NCBI GenBank assembly: GCA_002482775.1
Contig: DLGQ01000002.1
Span: 22,729 to 86,728, forward strand
Direction: 5' to 3'
DNA from: Flavobacteriales bacterium UBA7690
GTDB lineage: Bacteria; Bacteroidota; Bacteroidia; Flavobacteriales_F; PHOS-HE28
DNA: 64,000 nt
This document shows, in pieces, positions 34,911 to 45,325 of this stretch (position 1 is the first letter of the stretch; every line of letters begins with the position of its first letter). A program made the position numbers and the translations under genes. The notes beneath the pieces are model-generated. The model ran no database searches. It worked only from the letters and a program-made list of their open reading frames with translations, and was not told where the DNA came from.

Positions 34911-36260
34911 TCAGATCGCCCCCACCCCCAGCAACAACGCCGGTTCTTCCAGCAAGCTCTTCACCGTGTTCAGGAACGCCGCACCCGTAGCACCATCCAC
35001 CACGCGGTGGTCGCAGCTCAGGGTCACCTTCATGGTATGGCCTACCACGATGGCCCCGTTCTTCACCACGGGTTTCTCCATGATGCCACCCACGGCCAAA
35101 ATGCACGCATCGGGCGGGTTGATGATCGCTGTGAACTCGTCGATCCCGAACATGCCCAGGTTGGAGATGGTGAAGGTGTTGCCTTCCCAATCCGCTGGCT
35201 GTAATTTCTTGTCCTTGGCACGTTTGGCGAGGTCGCGCACTTCGTTGCCGATGCTGCGCAAGGCCTTGCTATCCGCGAAGCGCACAACAGGAACGAGGAG
35301 GCCTTCTTCCACCGCCACGGCCACACCGATGTGTACGTGTTCGTTGAAACGGATGCGATCGCCCAGCCAACTGCTGTTCACCTTGGGGTGCTGCTTCAAG
35401 GCCACGGCGCAGGCTTTGATCACGAGATCGTTGTAGGAGATCTTCTCCGGCGCGATCTGCTTGTTGATGGATTCGCGTACGCTGATGGCGCGCTCCATGT
35501 CCAGTTCCAAGGTGAGGAAGAAGTGCGGCGCGGTGAAGAGGCTTTCGCTCAACCGTTTCGCGATGGTCTTGCGCATCTGGCTCACCGGCACCTCCTCGAA
35601 CTTCTCCACTTGCGGCGCACCGAACACGGCACCACCACCAGCGAAGTTCTCCACGTCCTGCTTGGTCACACGGCCATCGGGACCACTCCCGACCACACGA
35701 CCGATATCGATGCCTTTCTCTTCAGCCAACTGTTTCGCCAGCGGGCTTGCTTTCACCCGACCGTTGTTCGCCACTTGAGCGGGTGCTGTACCGGAGGCGG
35801 CATTGCCGAACAGCGGCTTCGGAGCGGGTACGCTTCCTGTAGCAGCGGGTGTGGCTTTTTCAGGAGCAACAGGGGCAGGGGCAACGGCAGTAGCTTGCTC
35901 CTGCTCTTGCCCCTGTTCCTTGGAACTCTCTTCCTTCTTCGGTGCAGCCTCGGTCTTCGGGGCAGCCTCTGCTTTCGGCGCAGCAGCAGCTTCTCCGGCC
36001 AGCAACGCGGTGATGTCCTCACCCGCTTTGCCTAGCACGGCAAGCACGCTATCCACCGCAGCGGTCTTGCCTTTCTCCACACCGATGTGCAGGAGCACAC
36101 CATCGGTGAAGCTCTCGAACTCCATGGTGGCTTTGTCCGTCTCGATCTCGGCCAGTACCTCTCCGCTCTTCACGGGGTCACCGACTTTCTTGTGCCACGC
36201 GGCCACCACCCCTTCGGTCATGGTGTCGCTCATTTTGGGCATGCGTACGATCTCGGCCAT
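34911..36260 (-). CDS. pyruvate dehydrogenase complex E2 (dihydrolipoamide acetyltransferase)
   Basis: Lipoyl motif EIETDKATMEFES, an Ala/Pro/Glu linker, and the catalytic motif SCDHRVVDG. Confidence 0.9.
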   Translation of the reverse strand: MAEIVRMPKMSDTMTEGVVAAWHKKVGDPVKSGEVLAEIETDKATMEFESFTDGVLLHIGVEKGKTAAVDSVLAVLGKAGEDITALLAGEAAAAPKAEAAPKTEAAPKKEESSKEQGQEQEQATAVAPAPVAPEKATPAATGSVPAPKPLFGNAASGTAPAQVANNGRVKASPLAKQLAEEKGIDIGRVVGSGPDGRVTKQDVENFAGGGAVFGAPQVEKFEEVPVSQMRKTIAKRLSESLFTAPHFFLTLELDMERAISVRESINKQIAPEKISYNDLVIKACAVALKQHPKVNSSWLGDRIRFNEHVHIGVAVAVEEGLLVPVVRFADSKALRSIGNEVRDLAKRAKDKKLQPADWEGNTFTISNLGMFGIDEFTAIINPPDACILAVGGIMEKPVVKNGAIVVGHTMKVTLSCDHRVVDGATGAAFLNTVKSLLEEPALLLGVGAI

Positions 36261-37318
36261 CAGTCCTTTTCGAATGGGTAGTTCTTCTCGAAATACACGT
36301 CGTTGTATAGCTCGTCAGGCGTGGCCATGGGGCTGTCCTCGGCGAACTTCACGGCTTCTTCAACTTCCTGTTTCACTGCCGCGTCAATGGCATCCAGTTC
36401 CTCCTGCTTCGCCCATTTCTTCGTCAGGATCGTATCCTTCACGCTTTCGATGGGATCCTGCTTCTTGTACTCTTCCACCTCTTCTTTGGTGCGGTACTTC
36501 TGGGGATCGCTCATGCTATGCCCCTTGTAGCGGTAGGTCTTGATGTCCAACAGGTACGGGCCGTTGCCAGCACGTACATGGGCACATGCCATGGCGATGG
36601 CTTCGTGCACATCTTCGCAACGCATGCCGTTCACGCCCAAGCCGGGCATGTCGTAGCTCTCGCCCAGCGTGCTCAGATCATGTACGTTGCTGGTACGTTC
36701 CACGCTGGTGCCCATCGCGTAGTTGTTGTTCTCGATGATGAAGATCACCGGCAATTTCCACGTCATGGCCATGTTGAAGGTCTCGTGAAGGATGCCTTGG
36801 CGTACGGCACCATCGCCCATCATGCACAGGGTCACGTGATCCTCTCCGCGGTACTTATCGGCGAACGCGATACCGGCGCCCAGGCCGATCTGCCCACCCA
36901 CGATGCCATGGCCACCGAAGAGATTGCGCTGCTTGTCGAAGTAGTGCATGCTGCCACCCTTGCCCTTGCTGGTACCGGTCATCTTGCCGTAGAGCTCGGC
37001 CATCACATGCTTGCTGGGCGTACCCAGAACGAGCGGATGCGCGTGGTCGCGGTATCCGGTGATGATGCGGTCCGTGGGGCGGATGGCGGTGATCATGCCA
37101 GCGAGGATGGCCTCTTGCCCGATGTAGAGGTGGCAGAACCCACCGAACTTCTGCATGGTGTAGAGCTGGCCGGTCTTCTCCTCGAAGCGGCGCATCAGCA
37201 TCATCTCCTTGAACCAGCGCAGGTAGGTGTCTTTGTCGAAGGCCGAAGCCGGCGCCGAAGTTGCTCCGGCGTTGCTGGACTTGCTGCTCTTGGCGGCAGC
37301 GGCGGTCTTTGTGCTCAT
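36260..37318 (-). CDS. pdhA: pyruvate dehydrogenase E1 alpha subunit
   Basis: TPP-binding region MMGDGAVRQG...ENNNYAMGT. The likely start is ATG 37318 (the track uses TTG 37330). The stop overlaps the E2 start by 1 nt. Confidence 0.9.
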   Translation of the reverse strand: MSTKTAAAAKSSKSSNAGATSAPASAFDKDTYLRWFKEMMLMRRFEEKTGQLYTMQKFGGFCHLYIGQEAILAGMITAIRPTDRIITGYRDHAHPLVLGTPSKHVMAELYGKMTGTSKGKGGSMHYFDKQRNLFGGHGIVGGQIGLGAGIAFADKYRGEDHVTLCMMGDGAVRQGILHETFNMAMTWKLPVIFIIENNNYAMGTSVERTSNVHDLSTLGESYDMPGLGVNGMRCEDVHEAIAMACAHVRAGNGPYLLDIKTYRYKGHSMSDPQKYRTKEEVEEYKKQDPIESVKDTILTKKWAKQEELDAIDAAVKQEVEEAVKFAEDSPMATPDELYNDVYFEKNYPFEKD

Positions 37319-37327
37319 GGGGAAGGG

Positions 37328-37335
37328 CAAATATA
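37328..37335 (-). promoter_or_regulatory. -7 box TATATTTG (minus strand) for pdhA
   Basis: Exact TAnnTTTG match, 9 nt upstream of ATG 37318. The 10-mer TATATTTGCC also occurs upstream of tRNA-Val. Confidence 0.45.
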
Positions 37336-37381
37336 CCTGCCTACCGATAGGCTGGCCCGCGCCGACGAGAAGATCCGTGGC

Positions 37382-37870
37382 TCAACCGTTCAGGAACGAG
37401 GAGTCGAACGACAGTGGCAACAGGAGTGAGGCGGTGCGCATTTCGTAGACCGGACCGTTGTGTACGGCCATCAGCAGGCGCAGCGGCTTGCGGTCTTGGC
37501 GAAGCTCTTGTTCCAACAAGGCCTGGCGACAGATCCCACAGGGCGAAACAGGGCGGTCACCAGTGACCTGTGGCACGATCACGGCCATGGTCTCGATCAC
37601 CGTGGCGGGATCCAAGGACATGGCGGCATGCAATGCGGTACGTTCGGCACAGGTCCCTGCCGGGAACGAGGCGTTCTCCTGGTTGTTGCCCGTTACCACA
37701 GCACCCGCACTGGTGCGAAGCGCGGCACCCACATAGAACTTCGAGTAGGGTGCGTAGGCCAGTAATGCCGCGTCGTGGGCGGCTTTCACCAAGGCTTGAT
37801 CAGCTTCGGAAAGTTCGCTCACCGAGGCGTGGCGCGTGTACGGAACATCAACGGAACCGGGGGTTGGCAT
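37382..37870 (-). CDS. cdd: cytidine deaminase
   Basis: Zinc motifs CAERTALHAAM and PCGICRQAL. Confidence 0.9.
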   Translation of the reverse strand: MPTPGSVDVPYTRHASVSELSEADQALVKAAHDAALLAYAPYSKFYVGAALRTSAGAVVTGNNQENASFPAGTCAERTALHAAMSLDPATVIETMAVIVPQVTGDRPVSPCGICRQALLEQELRQDRKPLRLLMAVHNGPVYEMRTASLLLPLSFDSSFLNG

Positions 37871-37950
37871 GGTTCGGGGTAAGGAGGCCGAAAGTACGCA
37901 GGCACAGGGCTTTTCAAACCACCTCCCCTACTGCAGCCTATGCTATCCCT

Positions 37951-37958
37951 TAGATTTG
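37951..37958 (+). promoter_or_regulatory. -7 box TAGATTTG for the VTC-domain gene
   Basis: TAnnTTTG match 14 nt upstream of ATG 37973. It forms part of the mirrored 18-nt arm described in the findings. Confidence 0.45.
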
Positions 37959-37972
37959 GCCTCCTTACACCC

Positions 37973-38725
37973 ATGCAGGCACCCCACACGGGCATAGACC
38001 GGTTCCAGCCCATTTCCCTTGCGGAGATGGATGGCGTGAAGCTGCAGGACCGTGTGGATACCAAGTACGTGTTCGCAGAAAGCCGACTGCCCGAAGTGTT
38101 GCAGGCTATGCTCCCCCACTACCGGTTGTTGGAGGTGAACGGCGCGCGAGGCACGGATTACCGCAGCCTCTACTTCGACACCGCCGATCTGCAGCACTAC
38201 CAAGCGCACCACAACAGGCGCACGTTCCGCAGCAAGGTGCGTTTCCGCGAATACATCGGCAGTGGACTGGTGTTCCTGGAAGTGAAGCGTAAGACCGGGC
38301 GCGGACGAACGGACAAGAAGCGCATCCGTGTAGAGGCGATCCCCGAGGTGCTGTCCGCGGAACAACAAGCCTTCGTGGCGGCAGCCAGCAAGAGCGATGT
38401 ACCCCTTCAGGCTACGCTGTGGAACTACTTCACGCGTTACACCTTCGTGAGCAACACCGCACCCGAGCGCCTCACCATGGACGTGGCATTGCGGTACAGT
38501 GCGGCAGGCGACGACCGCGAACTGGGTGGTGTGGTGATCGCCGAGCTGAAGCAGGAACGTGCCGACCGCACCTCGCCTTTCGTACGCATCATGCGCGAGC
38601 GGATCTTCCCCACCTCGGGCATGAGCAAATACTGCGTGGGCCTGCTGATGTTGGGCCGTAACGTGAAACACAACGCCTTCAAGGCCGTGCTGCTGAAGCT
38701 GGAAAAGCTCCGCAACGCCGCCTGA
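37973..38725 (+). CDS. VTC-domain (polyphosphate polymerase-like, CYTH superfamily) protein
   Basis: Sequence DRVDTKYVF...YRSLYFDT...FLEVKRKT is typical of bacterial VTC-domain proteins. An alternative start is ATG 37940. Confidence 0.7.
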   Translation: MQAPHTGIDRFQPISLAEMDGVKLQDRVDTKYVFAESRLPEVLQAMLPHYRLLEVNGARGTDYRSLYFDTADLQHYQAHHNRRTFRSKVRFREYIGSGLVFLEVKRKTGRGRTDKKRIRVEAIPEVLSAEQQAFVAAASKSDVPLQATLWNYFTRYTFVSNTAPERLTMDVALRYSAAGDDRELGGVVIAELKQERADRTSPFVRIMRERIFPTSGMSKYCVGLLMLGRNVKHNAFKAVLLKLEKLRNAA

Positions 38726-38741
38726 ACCCTATCATTGGTCC

Positions 38742-39392
38742 ATGAAAGTCTTCGGAATGCCGCTCATCCACGCCGACATGTGGGAGCTTCTGTTCAAGTT
38801 CGGCATCAACACCACGGTGTTGTTCATCCTCATCCGGCTGATCTACTACCCGATCCACCGCAAGAAGGATTACCTCTTCACCTACTTCCTCTTCAACACG
38901 CTGATCTTCTTCCTGTGCGTGCTGCTGAACAGCGTGAAGTTGAGCATCGGCTTCGCCTTCGGCCTCTTCGCCATTTTCGGCGTGCTGCGCTACCGTACGG
39001 AGCAGATCAGCATCAAGGATATGACCTACCTCTTCGCCACCATCAGCGTGGCGGTGATCAACGCGCTGGCCAGCAAGAAGGTGAGCGTGGCGGAACTGGT
39101 CTTCACCGATGGCATGATCCTGCTGATGACCTACGCGCTGGAGCATGTGTGGCTCACGCGGCACGAGGCTACCAAGTTCCTGATCTACGAACGCATCGAC
39201 CTGATCAAACCCCAGAACCGGGCGCTGTTGTTCGAGGACCTGCACGCACGGTTGGGCGTGAAAGTCTCGCGTGTGGAGATCGGCAAGATCGATCTGTTGA
39301 AGGACACGGCGGAACTACGGGTGTATTACTTCGAGGATGAACAGGGGCACGGCTCTTTCGCCCTGAACAAGGACGACGGCGACGACGATTAG
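38742..39392 (+). CDS. DUF4956-family membrane protein
   Basis: 216 aa with TM helices and the [19 protein letters not shown] motif characteristic of DUF4956. This family is the usual partner of bacterial VTC genes. Confidence 0.7.
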   Translation: MKVFGMPLIHADMWELLFKFGINTTVLFILIRLIYYPIHRKKDYLFTYFLFNTLIFFLCVLLNSVKLSIGFAFGLFAIFGVLRYRTEQISIKDMTYLFATISVAVINALASKKVSVAELVFTDGMILLMTYALEHVWLTRHEATKFLIYERIDLIKPQNRALLFEDLHARLGVKVSRVEIGKIDLLKDTAELRVYYFEDEQGHGSFALNKDDGDDD

Positions 39393-39871
39393 ACCGCCTT
39401 CTGGATCAGCGCGACGGCATGCGCTGCCACCCCTTCTTCGCGCCCAACGAAACCCATGGTCTCGTTGGTGGTGGCCTTGATGCTCACCGCATCTTCACCG
39501 ATCCCCAGCAACGGTGCTATGGTCGCGCGCATAGCAGGCACATGCGGCATGATCTTCGGGCGTTCCAGGATAAGGGTACAATCCACATTGCCCACGGACC
39601 ACCCCTTTTCGCCAAGCAACTTCACCACGGCTGCCAGCAATCGTTTGCTATCGGCGTCTTTCCACTTCGCATCGGTATCCGGGAAGTGCTGGCCGATGTC
39701 GCCAAGGGCTGCCGCACCCAATAAAGCATCGCATAACGCGTGCAGTAGAACGTCAGCATCAGAATGGCCCAGCGCGCCGACCGTGTGTGGAATGTTGACA
39801 CCACCGAGCCAAAGCTCACGGCCTTCCACGAGACGGTGGACGTCGAAACCGAAACCAACGCGTATCATCAA
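39389..39871 (-). CDS. ispF: 2-C-methyl-D-erythritol 2,4-cyclodiphosphate synthase
   Basis: GFGFDVHRL and [19 protein letters not shown] motifs. Confidence 0.95.
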   Translation of the reverse strand: MMIRVGFGFDVHRLVEGRELWLGGVNIPHTVGALGHSDADVLLHALCDALLGAAALGDIGQHFPDTDAKWKDADSKRLLAAVVKLLGEKGWSVGNVDCTLILERPKIMPHVPAMRATIAPLLGIGEDAVSIKATTNETMGFVGREEGVAAHAVALIQKAV

Positions 39872-41172
39872 TTGGTCCCCTCAGGTTTCTTCTTGCCCTT
39901 GTCGAACTTGAAGCCGAGGGTGAAACGCAACGTGTTGGCCAGCGGGCTCCGCTGCGTGTTGGCGATCAGGTAGCTGAGGTCGAGGGTGAAGATGCTGTAC
40001 TTCACACCAGCACCCAAGGTGAAATACTTGCGGTTGCCTTTGGTGTAGTGCTCCCAGAAGTAGCCGGTGCGAAAGGCGAACTGCTCGGCGTACCAGTACT
40101 CGAACCCACCGGCCAGGTTGATCTCGCGCATCTCTTCGCGGAACCGACTTCCGCCTTCTACCACCACATTGCCATTGTCATCGTAGCTCACGTTACCGGG
40201 TGCATCGTTGAACGAGCCGATGATGCCGCTAACGACACCTACGTTCGGGTCACGTCCACTGGCCACGGCGGGGCGCTGTGTCACCGGATCGATCACCACG
40301 GCATTATCCTCATCCAGCAGGTAGACCGGTGGGGTTGGTACCAACAACTTGTTCACGTCCATGTTGAATGCGATGCTGTTGTACTGGTCCAGGTCCAGTT
40401 TGAAGGAAGGCCCGATGCGCAGGTTGATGGGGATGAAGTTCTGTGCGGCGGTCTCCGTGTAGGACATGCGCGCTCCGATGTTGGAGATGTTGGTACCGAA
40501 GGCGAAGGTGAGGTCCTTGTCGCCCATTTGGATCTGCTCCTTGCGGTAGTAGAACGAAACGTCCGCTGCTACGGACTGGCCTGCCTTGGAGTTGGCGCCT
40601 TGCACGCTGATGCCACCGGTGAGGTTGCTGTTCACGTAACGGATGGCGATACCACCGGAGAAATTCTCGCTGAACTGCTGCGCGAAGGCCACATCCAAGG
40701 CGAACTCCGCAGGTTTGAAATCGCGGATCGTGGAGCCGTTGATGTCGGTGAAGAGGATGCTACCCAGGTTGAAGTACCGGAGCGAACCGCCGATGGTGCT
40801 GCGCTTGTTGCCTAGGCGCTTGTACCCCGCTAGGTAAGCCAGGCTCATATCCGGCACCAAGTTGCGCAACCACGGGCTGTAGCTCATGCTGAACTCACCG
40901 TCGTTCTCCGCGAAGGCGAGTTTGGACGGGTTCCAGTGGATGGCGTTGGCATCCGGAGAAACGGCCACGCCGGCATCACCCATGCCTCCCGCGCGCGAAT
41001 CGGGGGAGATCAGCAGGAAGGGCACCGCTGTCGTTATCGTGTTCAGCTGGTCGCCGCATTGCTGGCCTGCCGCTTGGAACTGGGGGTCGCACGGTTGGGC
41101 AAGAGCCAGACCAGGAGCCAGCACGGACAGGAGCAAAGGAATTAGGCGAGCGAACGGCTGCAAGAAGGTCAT
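39868..41172 (-). CDS. porV: type IX secretion outer-membrane protein PorV (LptO)
   Basis: [41 protein letters not shown] is the PorV signature. It lies directly downstream of porU. Likely start ATG 41172 (track 41202). Confidence 0.85.
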   Translation of the reverse strand: MTFLQPFARLIPLLLSVLAPGLALAQPCDPQFQAAGQQCGDQLNTITTAVPFLLISPDSRAGGMGDAGVAVSPDANAIHWNPSKLAFAENDGEFSMSYSPWLRNLVPDMSLAYLAGYKRLGNKRSTIGGSLRYFNLGSILFTDINGSTIRDFKPAEFALDVAFAQQFSENFSGGIAIRYVNSNLTGGISVQGANSKAGQSVAADVSFYYRKEQIQMGDKDLTFAFGTNISNIGARMSYTETAAQNFIPINLRIGPSFKLDLDQYNSIAFNMDVNKLLVPTPPVYLLDEDNAVVIDPVTQRPAVASGRDPNVGVVSGIIGSFNDAPGNVSYDDNGNVVVEGGSRFREEMREINLAGGFEYWYAEQFAFRTGYFWEHYTKGNRKYFTLGAGVKYSIFTLDLSYLIANTQRSPLANTLRFTLGFKFDKGKKKPEGTN

Positions 41173-41232
41173 CAGCGGATGGTTCAGGAAAAAGGACGGC
41201 AAATATACGCCACCCCCCTAGCCTTTATTGTG

Positions 41233-44200
41233 TTAGCGCAGGATCACGAGCTTCTCGAACTTCTCGGCTTTCTCCCCTTCCGGCGTGCTCACGTTGAGGC
41301 GGTACACGTATACCCCCCGGCCCAGCTTATCGCCGAAGTCGTCCTGGCCGTTCCATTCGAGCCCATCGCTGCGGAAACCCGTGCAGGCCAGCTGGCGGCT
41401 GATGGTCTTCACCAACCTACCGCTCACCGTGAACACCTGTACTTGGACATCCAACGTGGTACAGGGCCGGTTGTGCTCGAAGAAGAACTCAGTACGGGTG
41501 GTGAAGGGGTTCGGGTAGTTCAACACATGGTCCAACACCATCTCCTCCGAAGAGGTCACCACGAACTCGGTGGTCGATTCCGACGAATTGTTGTGGACAT
41601 CCCATGCTTTCAAACGCAGGGTATGGGGTCCTTCGGTCAGATCGTTCAGGCGGTACCGCACTTGTCCGCTCTTGTAGGTGTCCAGGTCGGCTTCGTACAG
41701 GTCGTTGAGCACGATGGCCTGCTCCGTATTCTCATCGATCACGGCCAGCAGATCGTGGCCAATACTACTTCCCACCGTATTGATGCCATTCTCATCGAAG
41801 AGCTTGCCCAGCAGCAGGGGGTCCTGGTCGGTGATGCCGCCGTGTACGAAATTCTCATCATTGAGGAAGAGCTGCACTTGCGGGCCTTGTTCATCCAAAG
41901 GCACATCGGTGGCTGTTCCGCCCACGAGCTGATCGTTGGTATAGCCCACCGCATTGGTCGTGTAGCTCTCGGCATAACAGCTCACACGTCCCGGGCCTAC
42001 TTGGTAGTTGATGTCCTTGGGCACCACGAAGGTGAAATCGAACGTGCCATTGGTCACTGTGGCGCGGCCGCGGTGGATCACACTGTTGCGCAACATGAAG
42101 AGGAACGGGTTGCCGCCGTCATTCGCCAAGGTGGCCTGTTGTTGTGCTTTGTCGTACACGATAGGGACCACCTGCCCCTGGAAATCCGTGAGCGGTTGGC
42201 CGCTGCCATCATCCACGAATCCGCGGATACGCACCGCTGCCAGCGCCTTCAAGGTATCGATGTCGTTGCCGAGCGTGTCCGTCACAGCCGTTATCCGGAT
42301 CTCTTTCCAAGGAATGGCCAGGCGCATACTGGGGTCGCCGAGCAGGCAGAAGTTCCGGTGGTTGAGCTGGCTGGGGTAGGCGGTGCTCATGTCGCGTTTC
42401 GTACGCCGGCCGATATCGCCCAGCCTGTTGGGCCTACCCAGTTCGTCGGTCTCGTCGAAGACGTGGTCGTAGAACTTGTTGGCCAGGTTCTCGTTCTGAT
42501 TGGAGAAGGCCAGCCGGGTGGTGCTCATAAGGGCTACTCCACCGCCATTGGCGTTCAGCAGGACGAATTCACCGGCGGATGTCCGTCCGGGATCATCCCA
42601 GCGCGAGAATTCGCAGGTGGCCGTCATGAAGAGGGGAAGCCGATCGGAATTGGTCCAGCCGAGTATGGTGCCATTGTCCAGGAACCGCTCATGGGCCCAA
42701 CCCACCTCTCCACCATGGCCCACATAATTCACCACGAGGGCGCCCTTCTGCACCATCTCGCGCAGGTCCGCTGAGGCTTGGGGGTAGCGCTCGCCACCGG
42801 GTGTGCTCACCTGTTGGTACGCATCCAAGAAGATCTTGTGCACGTTGAACTTGGGGTGTTCTGTTTCCACCCGGGTGGCCATCTGGTCGCTCTGGGACAT
42901 GTGTATGATCCCGTCATACCCATCCCCCTCCTGGTCATCGGAGGCGAACAGCACATGGCTGCGCCAGTCCACCAAGCCCCCGTCACCGTTCTCCGCGCAG
43001 CTGCTGCCATTGAGCGACAGCATCTTCAGTGCGTCGTAACCCAGGATCTTATCCACCACCTCGTTGGCTTGCACCAGGGAGCTCACGGGCAGGCGACCAA
43101 CACCGATATCGAGCAGATCAGCCGTGCCCTCCCCCTCGTTCAGGTCGAGCAGTCCGAAATAGTCGTCGCTGGTGTAGGACCGGGATGGATTCAACGCATC
43201 CTCCGTCTGGTAGCTGGGGATGAGGTTCTGGTTGGTAGGTGCCACGCTCACGTTGTTTACCGAACCATCTCCGAAGAGGAGCAGGTAACGCGGCATTTCT
43301 TCGGGCGTATCGGCCCTGTCGTAGAGCAACCGCATGTACCGCTTGATGGCGGAGACATCGCGAGCACCACTGGAGAACTCGTTATAGACCTGCTGGGGTG
43401 TCACCATCACCACGCTCAAGCCTTCGTTAGCGCGCCGCTCGGCCAACCGGGTGGCAGCACTTTGCAGTTCCGGCGGGCATACGATCACCAGGTCGGCCGG
43501 TAAAGCGGTGGCGTGGAGGTTCTGGTTCGGCACACGGCCGATGGGTGTAGGCGTTAGGAAGTCCGCATCACGGAAAGCGATGAACCTCCGCAACACATCG
43601 GTGGACAATTTGAACCGTTTGGTGGCACCATCCGTGGTGAAGTCCACCCGGCGAGCATCATAGGGCTCGGTGATCTCCCAGATGCGCGACACGGAGGAGG
43701 CTTGATCGAGCACGAATTCAGAAACCGCACCGGGCGCAACGGATACCGTATCCATGAAAGCCAATTGGGAGCCGCTCATGCGTAACTCACGCCGGCAGTT
43801 CAACTCCAAATGGTCCAGCCAACCCAGCGAACTAGCCGGATTGAATTTGTTGAAGGTGAGATTGACCGGTACCGAACTGCCTGAAGGCGAGAAGGACATG
43901 TCCTGCGTGAAGTATCGTGCGTATGGCCCGGTGTAACTCTCGCCAACCCCCTGCACTTGGATATTCTGGTTCAAGGCTGCACCACTTACAACATCGAACG
44001 AACTGTAATTCGTAGTGCCTATGGTCCTAGCCGCACCAGCCATGGTAAGTGTGGCCGGTTCTCCCGTAAGGAAAGGGGTATTGAAGCTGAAGGTGTAGGC
44101 CAGCGTAAGGTCGAAGGTCTCACCGAACCAGGTGCGTCCGGATTTGACAAGGTTGATCAGGTCCCGTTCAATGAACTGCCGATCATTGAAACGCGTGACC

Positions 44201-45147
44201 GTTGCGCTCGCGGGCTCGTCGGACAATACCGCTGAAGTGATCCGGACGGGATCCTGAACATCGATCCCCACGAAATAGGTCGCACTATCGCAATAGGTGT
44301 TCTTCGTGTGCTTGAACCGGCTGTTCACCCGATCCCAGCGCTGCGCACCACTAGCGTAGAAAAGCAAATAGTCGTTCGGCCCCAGTGTTCCATCCCCACC
44401 ATCCACCACTTCAATGCTGTTCACCAGCAGGTCCGTTGGCCGTTCCACACTGTTCTCGTAAGGCAACAGCCCGAAGTGATTGCCATAGATATTGATCCGG
44501 TCAGAGGAGAGGTCGTTCACGTTCACACCCATGCTCTGTAGGTGCTGGTAGGTCAATTTGTGGACACCATCATTGAATACGCTGAACCGGAACCACTCCC
44601 CGCTGGCCATTTTGGATGTGGCAGGATAGTCTTTGGGTCGACCCTGGCCCACCTGTCCGTTCCCTTTCACTAACTCCAACCGGAAGCTTAGCAAGCGCTC
44701 CACTTGGCCGGTGGCGGGGTTCATGCGGAAAGGCTCCACGGAAACGGAGCCATAAGGCCGTTTACGTTCGAAAGCCACCGCGGTGCGCACGATGGGCGCC
44801 GTGGGCACGTTGCGCAATGCGGGCATCAGGTCCAGCAAGGCTTGCGGCACCACCTCATAGGAAGCATCGGCAAGAATGGCGTTCAACGTCGTGGTACCAG
44901 CAGGTAGCACCATCACCTCTTGCCATATGGGCATGGCACCCCGCTCCATGTCCAGGTGTGCGTTCTTCAGCACCGCGGTTCGGGAGGAGAAAGGTTGCTG
45001 GGCCTTGGCTTGGGCCTGTCCCTGTTTATCTCCGGACACAGGAATACGGTCCACCCATTCTAGGGTACGTGAAATAGATTCCTGGCCGGAAGCGTTGAAC
45101 GTGGCACCTAGGGCCAGTACGAGCACAGCGGGGAAGATGGTCTTCAT
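41233..45147 (-). CDS. porU: type IX secretion C-terminal signal peptidase/sortase PorU (C25 gingipain-like)
   Basis: 1304 aa with a signal peptide. The C25-like core has YLLLFGDGS and NYVGHGGEVGWAHE. It has its own CTD and conserved porU-porV synteny. Confidence 0.85.
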   Translation of the reverse strand: MKTIFPAVLVLALGATFNASGQESISRTLEWVDRIPVSGDKQGQAQAKAQQPFSSRTAVLKNAHLDMERGAMPIWQEVMVLPAGTTTLNAILADASYEVVPQALLDLMPALRNVPTAPIVRTAVAFERKRPYGSVSVEPFRMNPATGQVERLLSFRLELVKGNGQVGQGRPKDYPATSKMASGEWFRFSVFNDGVHKLTYQHLQSMGVNVNDLSSDRINIYGNHFGLLPYENSVERPTDLLVNSIEVVDGGDGTLGPNDYLLFYASGAQRWDRVNSRFKHTKNTYCDSATYFVGIDVQDPVRITSAVLSDEPASATVTRFNDRQFIERDLINLVKSGRTWFGETFDLTLAYTFSFNTPFLTGEPATLTMAGAARTIGTTNYSSFDVVSGAALNQNIQVQGVGESYTGPYARYFTQDMSFSPSGSSVPVNLTFNKFNPASSLGWLDHLELNCRRELRMSGSQLAFMDTVSVAPGAVSEFVLDQASSVSRIWEITEPYDARRVDFTTDGATKRFKLSTDVLRRFIAFRDADFLTPTPIGRVPNQNLHATALPADLVIVCPPELQSAATRLAERRANEGLSVVMVTPQQVYNEFSSGARDVSAIKRYMRLLYDRADTPEEMPRYLLLFGDGSVNNVSVAPTNQNLIPSYQTEDALNPSRSYTSDDYFGLLDLNEGEGTADLLDIGVGRLPVSSLVQANEVVDKILGYDALKMLSLNGSSCAENGDGGLVDWRSHVLFASDDQEGDGYDGIIHMSQSDQMATRVETEHPKFNVHKIFLDAYQQVSTPGGERYPQASADLREMVQKGALVVNYVGHGGEVGWAHERFLDNGTILGWTNSDRLPLFMTATCEFSRWDDPGRTSAGEFVLLNANGGGVALMSTTRLAFSNQNENLANKFYDHVFDETDELGRPNRLGDIGRRTKRDMSTAYPSQLNHRNFCLLGDPSMRLAIPWKEIRITAVTDTLGNDIDTLKALAAVRIRGFVDDGSGQPLTDFQGQVVPIVYDKAQQQATLANDGGNPFLFMLRNSVIHRGRATVTNGTFDFTFVVPKDINYQVGPGRVSCYAESYTTNAVGYTNDQLVGGTATDVPLDEQGPQVQLFLNDENFVHGGITDQDPLLLGKLFDENGINTVGSSIGHDLLAVIDENTEQAIVLNDLYEADLDTYKSGQVRYRLNDLTEGPHTLRLKAWDVHNNSSESTTEFVVTSSEEMVLDHVLNYPNPFTTRTEFFFEHNRPCTTLDVQVQVFTVSGRLVKTISRQLACTGFRSDGLEWNGQDDFGDKLGRGVYVYRLNVSTPEGEKAEKFEKLVILR

Positions 45148-45325
45148 GAACAGCGATCAACAGGTTTTCAACAGAGCGGACCGAAAAATACTACCTTCGA
45201 CCCTTGTGTTCTGGAACACCCCACCAACGGCAGCGGTTCACGCTTATTGCCACAATGGGGCAACCGTAAGACGAACGGCTTCGTATACTTGGCGCGGACT
45301 GAACAAGGCCACGATAGAAACGAGC

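Noticed and set aside
34911-37318. pdhA-E2 without an adjacent E1 beta gene, and hutU without hutH/hutI neighbours
   Set aside because: Scattered pdh and hut genes are common in Bacteroidota, and the missing partners are probably elsewhere in the genome. I do not treat this as an anomaly.
37881-37887. Perfect Shine-Dalgarno-like AAGGAGG on the plus strand (and its mirror on the minus strand at 37966-37960)
   Set aside because: No ATG, GTG or TTG-initiated ORF follows at a suitable distance on either strand. The strings are antisense to the adjacent genes and are better explained as arms of the inverted repeat.
41179-42774. 531-aa plus-strand ORF (and 42778-43503) opposite porU
   Set aside because: Antisense to the long, motif-bearing porU ORF, with typical shadow composition.
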